Shown here: piece after piece, positions 22,683 to 36,019 of the stretch | How the letters are laid out: every line of letters begins with the position of its first letter | Position numbering within the stretch: the first letter of the stretch is position 1 | Assembly: GCA_964016885.1 (NCBI GenBank) | Contig: OZ024745.1 | Span: 31,372,001 to 31,436,000 of the forward strand | Source of the DNA: Eledone cirrhosa | Taxonomy: Eukaryota | Direction of reading: 5' to 3' | DNA length: 64,000 nt | Program-made: the position numbers and the translations under genes | Notes under the pieces: generated by a model | The model's input: only the letters and a program-made list of their open reading frames with translations | Told to the model about the DNA's origin: nothing | Database searches by the model: none

Positions 22683-25600
22683 TAGCATGATTTTGTGAGA
22701 CATAATGACAGTAGCATATACAGATGACAAGTAGATTGCAATGGTGGAGCCACATGCTTCTGTCCCAGTCTGAAGATAAGCTAATACACCAAGCAAAATC
22801 ATGGACAGTTCAATGTATCAGAAGACAAAGTCATAGATCCAGTCCCACTTGGCTGAGAACAATGCAAAGAGAAAGAGGAAATTGCAAACTGGATGGAGGA
22901 TGAAAGAGAAGCACAGATTAAACAAGTTTATCAATAAAATTGGCTGTGTTCCTATACCAAAGAAATATTCTATTTTCACCAATGGATATGTGCATTATTC
23001 AGAAATATTTAGCTTTTGTTAGTTTCTCTTCAACAACATTGAAAGATATTGTTATTATGATAATTAATGCATGTCATGAAATGTTTGCTTTGGTCCAGCT
23101 GATAGCAGCCAAATAAGTATGCCAACAAAAATAAAAAATAAACACTAAACATATACAGACTAAATAAAAATATTATCTGGTATATTCTGTACACCAGAAT
23201 TAAATATTCTATTATTCTATAATAATGTTTGAAATTTAAAATGGTTGGATACATTTTTATATAAGGAGTGAGACATAGGTGGTTAACATGGAGCAGCAGA
23301 GAAGGCTGAAAAGAACAGAAATGAGAATCATTTCGTAGATGGACAAAGTAACACTTAGAGAGAGGAAGACAAACAAGAAATTGCAGTGGATGACGGAAAT
23401 AGAGTTAGTGATAAATGTTTCAAAAAGAAATGGAATGAGATGGCTAGTTCCTGTGTTGGGAAAAGATGAAAGTGACTGGATGAGTGGGGTGATGGAAATG
23501 AATGTGACGGGAATTAGAGGAAAGAGCTAGAATAACATGATCTGTAAACTTATAGGCAATCTCTTTCATTAGAAATACAATAATGAAAGGGTTAAGATAT
23601 TTTTTATATATACAATTGTATATATAGGAGAGAAAATTCAATATATCATCCAATATATAAACAGGTGAGAAGAAAGACAATTATATATGTAGGTGTCCTT
23701 ATCACCATATTGATTTAATCCATAACATAATTACTATTTGTTTATTGGAAATTTGTTAACATTTTATCATGTCTCAAGACAAAAAAGGCAAGCTGTAACT
23801 GTTTCATAATTTGGAAAATTAAATAACTGTATCGACAAACAGAAGAATGTGTTAGTACTTAGAAAGTTGTAAATTGTTGTTTACATTGACTTGTTGTTCC
23901 AATATACCTTCAGAAATCTGGTTGTTATGTATATACTTTTGTTCAAGAAGAGAATTTATTGTTTACTTTTTATGGTATCGAATTTCTATACAAGAGAAAT
24001 ATATCAGGTGAAAAGGATTAGAAATATCTTTTCTACTTTTTTTTCATGATTACTACAATCTTTTCAAGGAATGTTTTTCTAATGAAATACACTTAATTAA
24101 TTTTTGAAGAATATTGGAGAATTTACTAAAATTATTAATTATTTCAATACTAAAATTGCTATGTTTAAAGAATATTGATACCCATTTCCATCTATCATGC
24201 TGCTTATTTTTCTATTTCATAGAATATTTATTTGGATGTATCTATATAACTCTGATAGAAATGTTTTAATCAATAATAATACTGAATAGCAAAACTGTGA
24301 TTTTAAGAAATAGCATTGAATAATAAATATCCTAAAAGTTCTGATCAAATGTACTCCCAGTAGAAATGATTCAATTGACCTATACTTTAGATTTATTAAA
24401 TACCTATGAGCTTTTAACATGTAACAATTGTTCAATCACTTTGCTGTACATGATTCAAAGGTTTCCTAACATTGAAAATATTTTATTAAAGAGATAATTC
24501 AGCATCAACAGACTCCACATGAACTGATTCCATAAATAGAAGCAAAAATATTAATATTTTCATGTATAAAGTGTATCCATTGATTAGTGTAATTTATTAT
24601 TAATGAACTTTCAATAGTTCATTAGTTTCATAACATTTATGGTTTTATTTTATTTATTTTTTAATAAATTCTGACATTTAAAAAGAAGCAACTTCATAGC
24701 TTTTTTAACAATAGAGTGCTGAATTTCTGACTCTGTATGAGCAATACATGTTCATCTGACTTGGTTGGTTTCACAACAGGACAACTCGTCTACTCATGCT
24801 AGCATGGAAAAATGGACGTTAAACAGGATGATGATGATGATGATGTTGATGATATGATATATATTTATATGTATATATTTTATCATAAGAATAATATTTT
24901 ATAAGTATAATAATAATATTTAGTGGGAGGAAACAGCATCCAGATGAAAAAATAAATCAAACACTTTTACTAATACTTTTAACTCCAGACCAGCCAATGA
25001 GAAAGCACGGTTGCATAACCTACTAGAAATATTAGCTAAATATTCCTCAAATTATGTTCTATGGTCTTAAAAACGGAATAACATAATGGATAAGGTACCG
25101 CTACGTAGTTTATATCTTAAAAAATGATGGAATGGTTGTGGCTGGAATATCTTTGATCATTGGTCTACTTAATCAGAGCTTAATAACTTATCAAATAACC
25201 AAATTTTAAAATCATTATTCCAACCACATAAGTGTTAGGAAATGTTGGTAAAATAATGCAGCACTTCAGACAAATGTCTTCTATCATATATAGCCGCATA
25301 TCAACAAAAGTCATTAAATGAAAATTTCATATGGAAAATGTGTGAAAGTGATCATTGTTCTTGAGTTGTCATTTTGATCCATTCAGCCCACATTGTAAAG
25401 TGGTCGTGTAGGTGTCACAATTAAAAGCGCCCAGTACATACTGTAAATGGGGTTGGCATTAGGAAGGGCATCTAGCCATAGAAACCCAGTCAGAAACAGA
25501 CCTACATAAGTAAGACACAGTCACATGACCTGACTTGCCTCTAATGGGACAATCTGTCTAACCCATGCTAGCATGGAAAATGGACATTAAACGATAATGA

Positions 25601-26208
25601 TGGTGATGCCTGGTTTAACACCAGTAACAGTCCCTTTAGAATGGTTGCCTTCAGCTAAGTCTACTCTATTGCAGGCTTTCAAGTCAAACCTCCTGTAGGG
25701 AATCAAGGGAAGAGGAATACCACTTTATTCAAATTACCATATATACTCAAATATGAGCTGATCCAAATATAAGCCAATCCTCTATTTTATGTCTGAGAAA
25801 TGGACAAAAATCTAAATTCCATTTATAAGCCGAGGCAGCTAATCAACACATTGTTTAGATAGCATATATAAGCTGACCCCTCCTCCCCACCATTTTACCA
25901 TCAATTTTTATTTTTTTGGGGGGGGGTCACATATTCCTCAGCATATATTCGAGTATATACGATAATTGTGTTTGTCATTTACCCTACCAACACAATTTTT
26001 TTATTTAAAAAATTTTTTTTATATGACGGGAGGGTGTGGGGGTGCGCAACAATCTTCTAAATACTTAGGGCTTGAAAAGAAATTAATCTGGCTCTGCTGA
26101 AGGTAAATTCTTCCTTTCAGTAAATTCTCCCTGTTACAGAGACCCTAAAAAATGTCAAGGAGGCTGGTCTTTCTCTGACTAAGCCATTAATTATCTTTTC
26201 TTCTGAAA

Positions 26209-26409
26209 TATGATGGCCAGCTGAAAGGTTCATAAGATGACCAAGATACTCTCATGGTATGACCAAATGAGTTTTATTTTTCAACATAATCCTTTGAAAG
26301 AAACAATGCATTATTAATAAGAAGAGTTAACATTAATGCATGCAAGATTTCACAGCTCTAGCATCACTACTTCAGAGCCAGCCTATGAACTTTTCAGCCC
26401 ACCCTCATA
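26209..26409. mobile_element. Mariner-type MITE copy
   Basis: Collinear with 17633-17833; both TIRs recognisable with TA flanks. Confidence 0.75.
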
Positions 26410-26635
26410 TACGCCACAAACAATATTAGTCAATGTGCTCTTTCTATAGGCTGGTAGACTGTATTTTGAGAGAGGTCTTGTGGCTATTTCTAGCAGGACT
26501 ATCTACTACATATAAGCACCTTCATTTGCTCATTTCTGCTACTGTTATTGCTAAGTGTGCTGCCATTGTTGTCACAAGACATAATTTAGAAAAAACTCTC
26601 TGATTATGATGATGATGATGATTGTCACAGACATA

Positions 26636-27760
26636 ATTAATGGTGGTGGATGTGGTGGTGGTAGTTATGGTGGTGATGGTGGTTGTGGTGGTGGCAGTGG
26701 GGGTGACAGTACTGGTGGTAGTTATGGTGGTGGCAGTGGGGGTGACGGTACTGGTGGTGGTGGTGGTGGTTGTGAGGGTGGCAGTGGGGGTGACGGTACT
26801 GGTGGTGGTGGTGGTGGTTGTGAGGGTGGCAGTGGGGGTGACGATGGTGGTAGCATCAGAGGTTGATGTAACAGTGGTGTTGGTGGTAGTGGTGGTTGTA
26901 GTGGTGGTGACATCAGTGATTGTGGTAACAGTGGAAGTGGTGGTTGTGGTGGTGGTAGTGGTGTTGGTGGTGGTGGTTGTAGTGGTGTTGGTGGTGGTGG
27001 TTGTAGTGGTGTTGGTGGTGGTGGTTGTAGTGGTGTTGGTGGTGGTGGTTGTAGTGGTGTTGGTGGTGGTGGTTGTTGTGGTGTTGGTGGTGGTGGTTGT
27101 AGTGGTGTTGGTGGTGGTGGTTGTAGTGGTGTTGGTAGTGGTGGTTGTAGTGGTGTTGGTAGTGGTGGTTGTAGTGGTGACCTCAGTGGTAGTGGTGGTT
27201 GTAGTGGTGACCTCAGTGGTAGTGGTGGTTGTAGTGGTGGTGGTAGTGGTGGTGGTAGTGGTGTTGGTAGTGGTGGTTGTAGTGGTGTTGGTAGTGGTGG
27301 TTGTAGTGGTGTTGGTAGTGGTGGTTGTAGTGGTGTTGGTAGTGGTGGTTGTAGTGGTGACCTCAGTGGTAGTGGTGGTTGTAGTGGTGACCTCAGTGGT
27401 AGTGGTGGTTGTAGTGGTGGTGGTAGTGGTGGTGGTAGTGGTGTTGGTAGTGGTGGTTGTAGTGGTGTTGGTAGTGGTGGTTGTAGTGGTGTTGGTAGTG
27501 GTGGTTGTAGTGGTGGTGGTAGTGGTGGTGGTAGTGGTGTTGGTAGTGGTGGTTGTAGTGGTGTTGGTGGTGGTGGTTGTAGTGGTGGTGGTAGTGGTGG
27601 TTGTAGTGGTGTTGGTAGTGGTGGTTGTAGTGGTGACCTCAGTGGTAGTGGTGGTTGTAGTGGTGACCTCAGTGGTAGTGGTGGTTGTAGTGGTGGTGGT
27701 AGTGGTGGTGGTAGTGGTGTTGGTAGTGGTGGTTGTAGTGGTGACCTCAGTGGTAGTAGC
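26636..27760. repeat. GGT/GTA-rich compound minisatellite
   Basis: 24-bp unit GTGGTGTTGGTAGTGGTGGTTGTA with interspersed GTGACCTCAGT variants; gives rise to the poly-T/poly-V ORFs in the track. Confidence 0.95.
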
Positions 27761-28382
27761 GATACTATTGAGGAAGTGTGATAGTGATGGCACCAGTAAT
27801 GCTACTTCCATTGCCACTGTAGTAACAACTAATGTTGCTACTAATTGTCAACTGGTAGCTGCTATGATTAAAGAAAATAGCTCACCAATCAATACCTTGT
27901 TTAGGTAATTGGGACAGACTTTCACTGTCACACATTGATAGTTTCAATTTGTCTCCATTTCAATAAAAATAAAACAGACCTGCTTTCATGCTACTTACTA
28001 AATATGTTAAAGTGTGGGGTAGGACTCGAAGAAAATTTGGTTGCTATTTCTTGCAAATGGTGAGACCATGTAGAGACTTTTTCATTTAAATAACAAGTGT
28101 TTATTTACCTTATAATGTGAATTCAAGTCCTGCTCATAAGTGTATTGCTTCGATCATTTTTGAGGTGCAGACAGTCATAATTTTCTCACAAAAATGACTT
28201 ATTTTTCAAATAAAAATAACTAATTTTCTGACAAAAATGACTAATTTTATTGAGTATATTGGGTGCTTTTTTTGCAACACCAGCACAACCGCTTTGCAGA
28301 CATAACAAGATATATTCTATGAAGGGAAAAACACTAACAATGTATAGGGTGTACTATGTATATAGGGTTTCAAAATAATGAA

Positions 28383-28569
28383 AATAATTGTTTCTACTTT
28401 AGGCACAAGGTCAGCAATTACCCAGTGTATTACTGGTACTTTATTTTATCGACCCTGTAAGGATGAAAGGCAAAGTCAACCTCGGCGGGATTTGAACTCA
28501 GATCGTAAAGGGACGTAACTATGCTGGAAAGCATGGCGTCCGACTCTCTACCGATACTGCCAATCCACC
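28383..28569 (-). mobile_element. tRNA-derived SINE family 2 (~190 bp)
   Basis: Reverse complement of 28736-28927; head GGTGGATTGGCAGTATCGGTAGAG...GAGTTCAAATCCCGCC, core TTTGCCTTTCATCCTTAC.GGGTCGATAAAATAAAGTACC. Confidence 0.88.
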
Positions 28570-28735
28570 AAAATAATGAAAATAATAATAATAAAGTAGA
28601 ATATGAATATGTCATTATTTTTATGTGTTCTTTGTATAAAACAAGAAATGTGTTATATAAGATGTCAGGTATATAATATAAAAGGTCAAGTGTCAGTTTT
28701 ATACACACTAATCATTATTATGACATCTTTGTTTT

Positions 28736-28927
28736 AAGGGCGGTGGATTGGCAGTATCAGTAGAGGGTCGGACGCCATGCTTTCCAGCATAGTTCCGTCC
28801 CTTTACGATCTGAGTTCAAATCCCGCCGAGGTTGACTTTGCCTTTCATCCTTACGGGGTCGATAAAATAAAGTACCAGTAATGCCCTGGGTAATTGCTGG
28901 CCTTGTGCCTAAAGTAGAAACAATTAT
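28736..28927 (+). mobile_element. tRNA-derived SINE family 2
   Basis: A-box/B-box-like motifs (TGGCAGTATCAG; GAGTTCAAATCC), conserved core and an ATT-type tail; at least six copies in the window. Confidence 0.88.
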
Positions 28928-29262
28928 GACATCTTTGTTAATTATTGTATTGTACATATTTCACGTTTCATGTAATTAAAGTAAACAAGCAAAGTTTGCA
29001 ATATTTTTTGAAAATTTAAGAATGGGGGGGGGGGTGCAGCTGCACTACCCCCACCCCCCACCCAAACCCTCAAGTAACATGCCTCAGGTCTTGCTAGGAA
29101 CTTGGAAAAGGTAACAGAAATTAATGTGGCATAATCTCCCAGAGAAATTTCTGTGATTATTTCAACTGTAGTGTTGTCAACAATCATCTACAACTTGCTA
29201 GAGGGTTTATTTCTCATTAGAAAAGAAATATATGTTAACAATATTACAAAATGCCTTTATTT

Positions 29263-29484
29263 CTTGACCCTTTAGCACTTACATTATTCTATATTTACTA
29301 TTGTATTTTCATAGTAAAAGCTTTATCTCACATAATATCTCGTATAATATCGAATCTCTGAGATTTTGATATCATTTATTTTGAGAATAATACCTTAACA
29401 TCAGTATGAGTGGTTAGTTACAGCTGGTTTGAACAGAAAGAGGTGAGAGAATTCTGGCCAGATATGGCTGGTTTAAATGCTAAA
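29263..29484 (+). mobile_element. TTAA-type (piggyBac-like) MITE copy
   Basis: CCCTTTAGCACTTA...TAAATGCTAAA termini; body matches 34409-34619. Confidence 0.7.
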
Positions 29485-29897
29485 CTATTCTGTTTACATC
29501 TGTCCATTTATGTCCTATGGTTTCTATAGATGTTATTTTTATAGCATGAAAAATGAGAAAAGATCACTGGTCCTAAATCATTTAAATCCTTTTGAGGCTC
29601 TTAAAAGATTATGGTGTCCTAACTGCAAAGGCATGCTGCCTAGTGGTTAGGGTGTTGATCTTCCAATTGTAATATTGTGGCTTCAGTTCCCGTCATTGTA
29701 TCCTTAAGTCAAGCACATCATTTCAGCTGAGGGTTTCCCTTGTGACAGACTGGTATCCTGTCAAGGTAGAGTCATGTATTCTCAGTTGCTTAACACCTCA
29801 TGAAGCTAGGATAAACAGACTTTGACTAATTTTAAATTTAACTAATTATAATGGGATTCATTTGTTTTTCTATCTCTCTTTTATCTTTATTTCTCAG

Positions 29898-30164
29898 GTA
29901 CTTTTGAATTGTCAAGCGAGGCTGAAGAAGAGAACTATGAAGTCATCAACATCAGTAAAATAAAAGCTCATACCCCAAATTTGCGAATAATCAACATGTA
30001 CGGCATTGGATTCGTAGATGATAGCCATGTGGAAATGCTGGCATCCAACTCCATTCATCTTGAAGTCTTAGCCTTAAATTTCTGCTTGCGTGTCAAAGGT
30101 TCATCTTTCAGTATGCTCATACAAAAGTGCAAGAAGCTGAAATCTTTGCTGCTTCAACATACTG
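29898..30164 (+). CDS. F-box/LRR protein, coding exon B (LRRs)
   Basis: Polypyrimidine tract, TCTCAG|GT acceptor and ACTG|GTAAAA donor. Phase 1 in matches exon A. Encodes GTFELSSEAEEENYEVINISKIKAHTPNLRIINMYGIGFVDD...LEVLALNFCLRV...CKKLKSLLLQHT (cysteine-containing LRRs). Confidence 0.9.
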
Positions 30165-30354
30165 GTAAAAAATTTGTAATATTTCTTTTAATAAGATTGA
30201 GTTTTGTTTTTTCTTGTTTTATTAACCTTTTTTTTTGTTTTTTGTTGAGGAAGGTTTTAGCCAGATCACACTGCTCTGTTTAATACCATAGCCTGGTGCA
30301 TGGGTGCCTTTAGCAGATTTTGTTGCATTGCAGACAGTCATACAAGGCTCCAAC

Positions 30355-30838
30355 CTAACAGGATGGACTGGGTGCTTTTTGTTGTGGCACCAACACTACC
30401 ACCATACAGGGTAGACTGGGTACTTTTTGTTGTGGCACCAACACTTCCACCTTACAAGGTAGACTGGGTGCTTTTTGTCATGGCACCAGCACCACTACCA
30501 TACAGGGTAGACTGGGTGCTTTTTGTTGTGGCTTCAGCACCACTACCATACAGGGTAGACTAGGTGCTTTTTGTTGTGGTACCAGTACCCACTATCATAC
30601 AGGGTAGACTGGGTGCTTTTTGTTGTGACACCAGCACTAGCACCTTACATGGTAGACTAGTTGTTTTTTGTCATGGCACCAATACTACCACCATACAGGG
30701 TGGACCTGATGCTTTTTATTGTGGCACCAGCACTACCACCTTATAGCGTGCATTGGATGCTTTTTATCGTGGCACCAGCAGTGCCACCTTACATGGTGGA
30801 CTGGATGTGTTCTATCATCTCACCAGCACTACTACAGG
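30355..30838. repeat. Tandem array of ~10 x 48-bp units
   Basis: Unit GGTAGACTGGGTGCTTTTTGTTGTGGCACCAGCACCACTACCATACAG, period 48 (30410, 30458, 30506, 30554, 30602...). Confidence 0.92.
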
Positions 30839-32402
30839 CTGTGCCCATGCTTAAGCACTACCACCACTATGTATGTATGTATTATGTATGCAATAGAGAG
30901 TTGGTTTTGAAACATAGAAACATGACTTTCATTGGAATTTAGACATCAACTCGGTAAATATGTATGAATATCTATATGTTTGTATGTGTGTGTGTGTATG
31001 TATGGGTGTTATTGCATATGTGGCTCAGTATGTTTGGAGTTATATGTGTACATGTGCATATGTTCTTTTTCTATACATGTGTTTATGCAGTTATTATATG
31101 TATGTATGCATGCATATATGTGTGTATACATATATGTATGTATACATGGATATGCTAAAAGTAATATATACATCATTACTTCATCTAGGATGTCTGATAA
31201 GAAGTTCAATATCAGATAAGTTTAGAAAAAAAGAACCTATTAATATGAAGTAGAAGTAGTCTTTTCTTTCTTATCTTCGTAACTGGCTGATTACATTCTT
31301 GAATACACGAAAGAATGCTATTTTTCTTTCTGTCAGATAATCTACATCAAATTCTCTGGAACACTGCAGTGATTTGATTAGTTTTTCGTTACAGAAATGG
31401 AATATGATATCAACTGTATTTCTAGATGTACTGAAATGAAATTGTCTTAATGGAAATTTGAGGATGATGATTGTATCATCATCATTACCATTTAATGTCC
31501 ACTTTTCCACGCTAGCATGGATAATTTAGAATGATCATCATCATTTTTACAGCATCTTTTCTTTGTTGGCATGGGTTAGACAGGACGTTTTGGGGGTGGG
31601 GCGGAGCAGTTTTACAGCCTGATGCCCTTCTTAATACCAACCCTTTTAGTCACTTCTTACAACCACAGGGATACAGCGTAGCTATTCTAAAGCAGATATA
31701 TGCAGCTGTGTAAATTCTGTTCCTTCTCTTAGCTACCATTGATGTTGTTAACATTGTCATTACTATCACTGATTAAATGTTCACATTTCCATGCTGTTGG
31801 TCTGAGTAAGTGGTTTGACATTATTCCATTACTCATATTTTCACATATTTCGGTCTTATATTATTTAGCTAATCAAATAAAGTCCACTTGTTCAAGTTCT
31901 TCACACATCCTTGGATGCAAAACCTAGACACACCATCAATGTTGTATCCTGAAGTCACTGATTGTGTGAAATCTTACAATATACACCCTTATCCAGGTGA
32001 TCCAACCAAGATTGATCAAGCCTCAGTCTATACCCAAATGGCATATTACAGATCCCTTCAGCCATAACCATCTAGATGCCCTCTCTGCTGCTTTCACATT
32101 GTTTTTGATAGCTTTCTTCATGCTTGCTCTCGTAATACCTAGACTTCCATAGGCCTTACTAAAGAAATAAGCTACAAACTTTTGGCTAACTCTAGAGATA
32201 TGGTGTTTTCATCTGTTGAAATGTTGACTAAAGATTTACACATATGTCCTGTGGTACACTATAGCACTGAAATAAAATATTGCTTATGCATCATTGATTT
32301 GCAACTATCTGTATATATAATTACAAAAGATGCTGAAATCAAAGAATTTCTTTTGTTTCAAAGACAAGAAAAAGAAAGTATTGCTAAATTAGATTAACCA
32401 AT

Positions 32403-34297
32403 AATGGGGTTGTTCCGAAGGACTGGCGTAGCAGCATCATCATTAACTGTTACAAGGATAAAGGAGATGCCCTAGATAGGAGTAACTATAGAGGCATTAA
32501 ATTAATCGACCAGGTCATGAAGGTCACAGAAAAAGTAATAGCGCAACTAATCAGAGAGAGAATCGATCTAGATGAAATGCAGTTCGGGTTTGTGTCAGGC
32601 AAAAGTACCACAGACGCTCTTTTCATTGTACGACAACTACAGGAGAAGTACCTAGCTAAAAGTAAACCCCTATACTTAGCTTTTGTCGACTTGGAGAAAG
32701 CCTTCGACAGAGTCCCCCGCTCCATTATCTGGTGGGCTCTTAGAAAACTAGGTGTTGATGAATGGCTTGTGAGAGCTATACAAGCCATGTATAAAGAAAC
32801 AGTCAGCAAGGTTAGAATTAACAACGAATTTAGTGAAGAGTTTAGCGTAAAAGTTGGTGTTCATCAGGGCTCCGTTCTTAGCCCCCTACTATTTATTATT
32901 GCCCTTCAGGCTATAACAGTGGAGTTCAAGACCGGCTGCCCATGGGAACTCCTATACGCAGATGATCTAACGCTCATAGCTGAATCAATGGCCGAACTAG
33001 AGAAGAAATTCCAAACATGGAAGCATGGCCTAGAATCAAAAAGCCTTAAAATTAACCTGTCTAAGACTAAAGTTCTAGTTTGTAGGAAGGAAAATGGGGC
33101 ACTGGTCCCATCTGGGAAATGGCCATGCTCAGTGTGTAGGAAAGGAGTAGGTAGAAACTCCATTTTATGTCCCAAATGCAAAGTATGGGTGCATAAAAGA
33201 TGTAGTGGGATCACAGGTAAGCTAACATAGATTTTATATGTGGCCGGTGCTCTGGTGCAATAAGTAGCAGCAAGTGCCCACAAAATACTAGCTCTTTCAA
33301 TTGCACAGAATGTTCTATAGAAATAGTGGACAGCTTCCGTTACCTGGGTGACAAAATCAGCAGTGGGGGAGGGTACTCTGAAAGTACAGTAGCTAGAGCC
33401 AGAACTGGATGGAAAAAGTTCAGAGAGCTTATACCACTATTAGCCGCTAAAGGGTTCTCCCTAAAAATGAAAGGCAGGCTGTATGATGCCTGCATACGAA
33501 CAGCAATGTTGCATGGCAGTGAGACCTGGGCATTGTGTGCAGAGGATATACGCAGACTGGAGAGGAACGAAGCTTGCATGCTCCGCTGGATGTGTAATAG
33601 TAATATACGTGAACGGCAAAGCATAAACGAACTAAGGGAAAATTTAAAAATAAGAGGGATCAGATGTTGTTTACTCGAGAGAAGGCTACGTTGGTATGGT
33701 CACGTGATGCACATGAAAGACGACAGCTGTATAAAAAAGTGCAGGGCAATAAAAATAGACGGTAGCCACGGAGTAGGCAGACCCAGAAAAACCTGGGACG
33801 ACTTGATAAATTCCGACCTCACACACTTACACCTCTCCAAGACAATGTCACTGGAACGAGAGCTTTGGCGCTACACAGTAATAGAGAAGACCCGCCTTAC
33901 CTAAGTACAAAGTGAAACCTACTACAGTCAGTAGGCACCTCTAACAAAATACACCCCCGTCCCACTACTCCCACCCCATCCACACCACCCCTTTCAATGT
34001 AAAGTTATGTTGGTACCACAACATCCAGCCCGAAACAAATGAGGTCGTGTAGGTGTCACGACAAAAAAACACACAGTCCACGCTGTAATGTGGCCGTGTA
34101 GGTAACACGGTAAAAACCTCACAGTTCCACACTGTAAATGTGGTTGGTGTTATGAAGGGCATCCAGCCGTAGAAAACCCACCAGACAGTCCTATGCGAGC
34201 AAGACAACCACTCTTGCCTCAAGTGGGAAAACTCCCGTCCAAACCCATGCAAGCGTGGAATATGGACGTTAAACGATGATGATGATGATGATGATGA
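32403..34297 (+). mobile_element. 5'-truncated RTE family A copy
   Basis: RT ORFs 32517-33230 and 33326-33904 (small deletion at ~33226), full 3' UTR and (GAT)n tail. Confidence 0.94.
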
Positions 34298-34408
34298 TTT
34301 AACATTTTCTAACAAACAGCATATGTTCTTTTTCTAGTATCAATTTTTTATTTAAGAATCACAGTATTTTTGTTATATTAGAAAAAAAGGGGACTACAGA
34401 GGTGATGT

Positions 34409-34619
34409 TTAACCCTTTAGCATTTACTCTATATTTACTATTGTATTTTCATGGTAAACACTTTATCTCACATAATATCGAATCTACGAGATTTTGATAT
34501 TATTTATTTTGAGAACAATACCTTAACATAAGTATGAGCAGCCAGTTACAGCTGGTTTGAACAGAAAGAGATGAGAGAATTCTGGTCAGATACAGCTGGC
34601 TTGGATATTAAAGGGTTAA
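34409..34619 (+). mobile_element. TTAA-flanked MITE (piggyBac-like), best-preserved copy
   Basis: TTAA-CCCTTTAGCATT...GATATTAAAGGG-TTAA. Confidence 0.8.
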
Positions 34620-34666
34620 GAAACTATTGCAACTGACTAAAATGTTTTACAGTATTATTTCCATTC

Positions 34667-34855
34667 TGCGGTGAATTGGCAGTATCGGGAGAGGGTCGGA
34701 CATTCTTTCCAGCATAGTTACGTCCCTTTACGATCTGAGTTCAAATCCCGCCAAAGTTAACTTTGCCTTTCATCCTTACAGGGTTGATAAAATAAAGTAC
34801 CAGTAATGTGTACTGGGTAATTGCTGGCCTTGTGCCAAAAGTAGAAACAATTATT
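34667..34855 (+). mobile_element. SINE family 2 copy
   Basis: Collinear with 28740-28927. Confidence 0.85.
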
Positions 34856-35364
34856 TCCATTCTACACAGATATAGTTTAAAATCTCAAAGATGTCTACAT
34901 TCTTTTCATCCTACCAAGATTGGGTGGGGTGGAGGGATGAAGGAAGGTAGCCTTAAACCGAAGCCCTAACTTGAATACTTGAAACAAAGGGTGCTCTGTC
35001 AGAGGTACACAAGGGTCAGGTAGTTGGGGTTATATTAGATGATCAATCAAGTAGACCCCTGCAAGATTTGATTTCAGAACACAAAGAGGTGGAATAAATA
35101 CCAAAAATCATCTCATCTGACACTCCAACAATTCTACAAAGACCTGGAACAAATACTGCAAGGCATTCTCTTCTATGCTCCAGCCTTTCCACCAGAGTGC
35201 TACTTTATTTATTGACCCTGGAAGGATGAAAGGCAAAGTTAACCTTTGCAGGATTTGAACTCTGAATAAAGCCAGAATTTGAAATCTGAAAGAAGCCAGA
35301 ATAAATCTTGCACAGTATTTTGTTCATTGTTGTAATACTTTTGATAACTTTTGACAATATTCTT

Positions 35365-35735
35365 TCATCATCATCATTTTTACATGTTTTTCCATGCTTG
35401 CATGGGTTGGATAGGTCTTTGTCAGTACAGCATCTTCCCACTCACTGCATTCCTTCATCATTTCCTCTTTGTGTCTCAGCGATTTGAGATTAGTTCTCAC
35501 TACCTCTGCCCTAGTATTTCTTGGTTCACTTCTACTGTGACTTCCTTCCACTGGGATTTCCTGGCACTTCTTCACCCAGCGACCATCATCCATGTGCATC
35601 ACACGTCTGTACCTACGCAACCTTCTCTTTTCACACCACTTCAGATTCCTCTTAAACCCAGTTTTTTCCCCAGTTCATCCAAGCTCTGCCTTTCTCTCAC
35701 ATTTACATTGCACATCCACTGAAGTATTCTTTCTC
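35365..35735 (-). mobile_element. RTE family B 3' fragment, degenerate
   Basis: RVMHMDDGRWVKKCQEIPVEG...; (CAT)n tail at 35366. Confidence 0.8.
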
Positions 35736-35852
35736 TCTTGAAAATACCTTGATTGAAAAGAAAAATGACTACCAACTGTATAGTTTAAAATGGCAGCTGA
35801 CAAAATGTACGTATATTTAAACTGACATTCATATCTTTATTTGTTCACTTAG

Positions 35853-36019
35853 GAGTGGAAGACAGTTTTATGATGGCAGTTCCATGGGAACAGTCAATCA
35901 TCCATGAACTAGATTTAACATCTACGGAGCTTTCAAAAGAGTGCCTGGAGAATATTCTGCTGCGAATGCCTGGATTTATCTATCTTGGACTTGGATACTG
36001 TGAATTCTTTTCGGATACG
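35853..36019 (+). CDS. F-box/LRR protein, coding exon C (not in the ORF track)
   Basis: CACTTAG|GA acceptor and ACG|GTAAAT donor; phase 1 in, phase 0 out. Stop-free: GVEDSFMMAVPWEQSIIHELDLTSTELSKECLENILLRMPGFIYLGLGYCEFFSDT. Confidence 0.87.

Noticed and set aside
26522-27908. 431-aa poly-Thr (mucin-like) and 422-aa poly-Val ORFs
   Set aside because: By-products of a triplet-based minisatellite inside an intron; no signal peptide, splice context or non-repetitive domain.
28736-28830. tRNA gene-like A/B boxes
   Set aside because: No complete cloverleaf; these are SINE heads repeated with the same downstream core.
30355-30838. CRISPR-like regular repeat array
   Set aside because: Units are contiguous with no unique spacers, derive from the RTE 3' UTR, and the context is eukaryotic with no cas genes.
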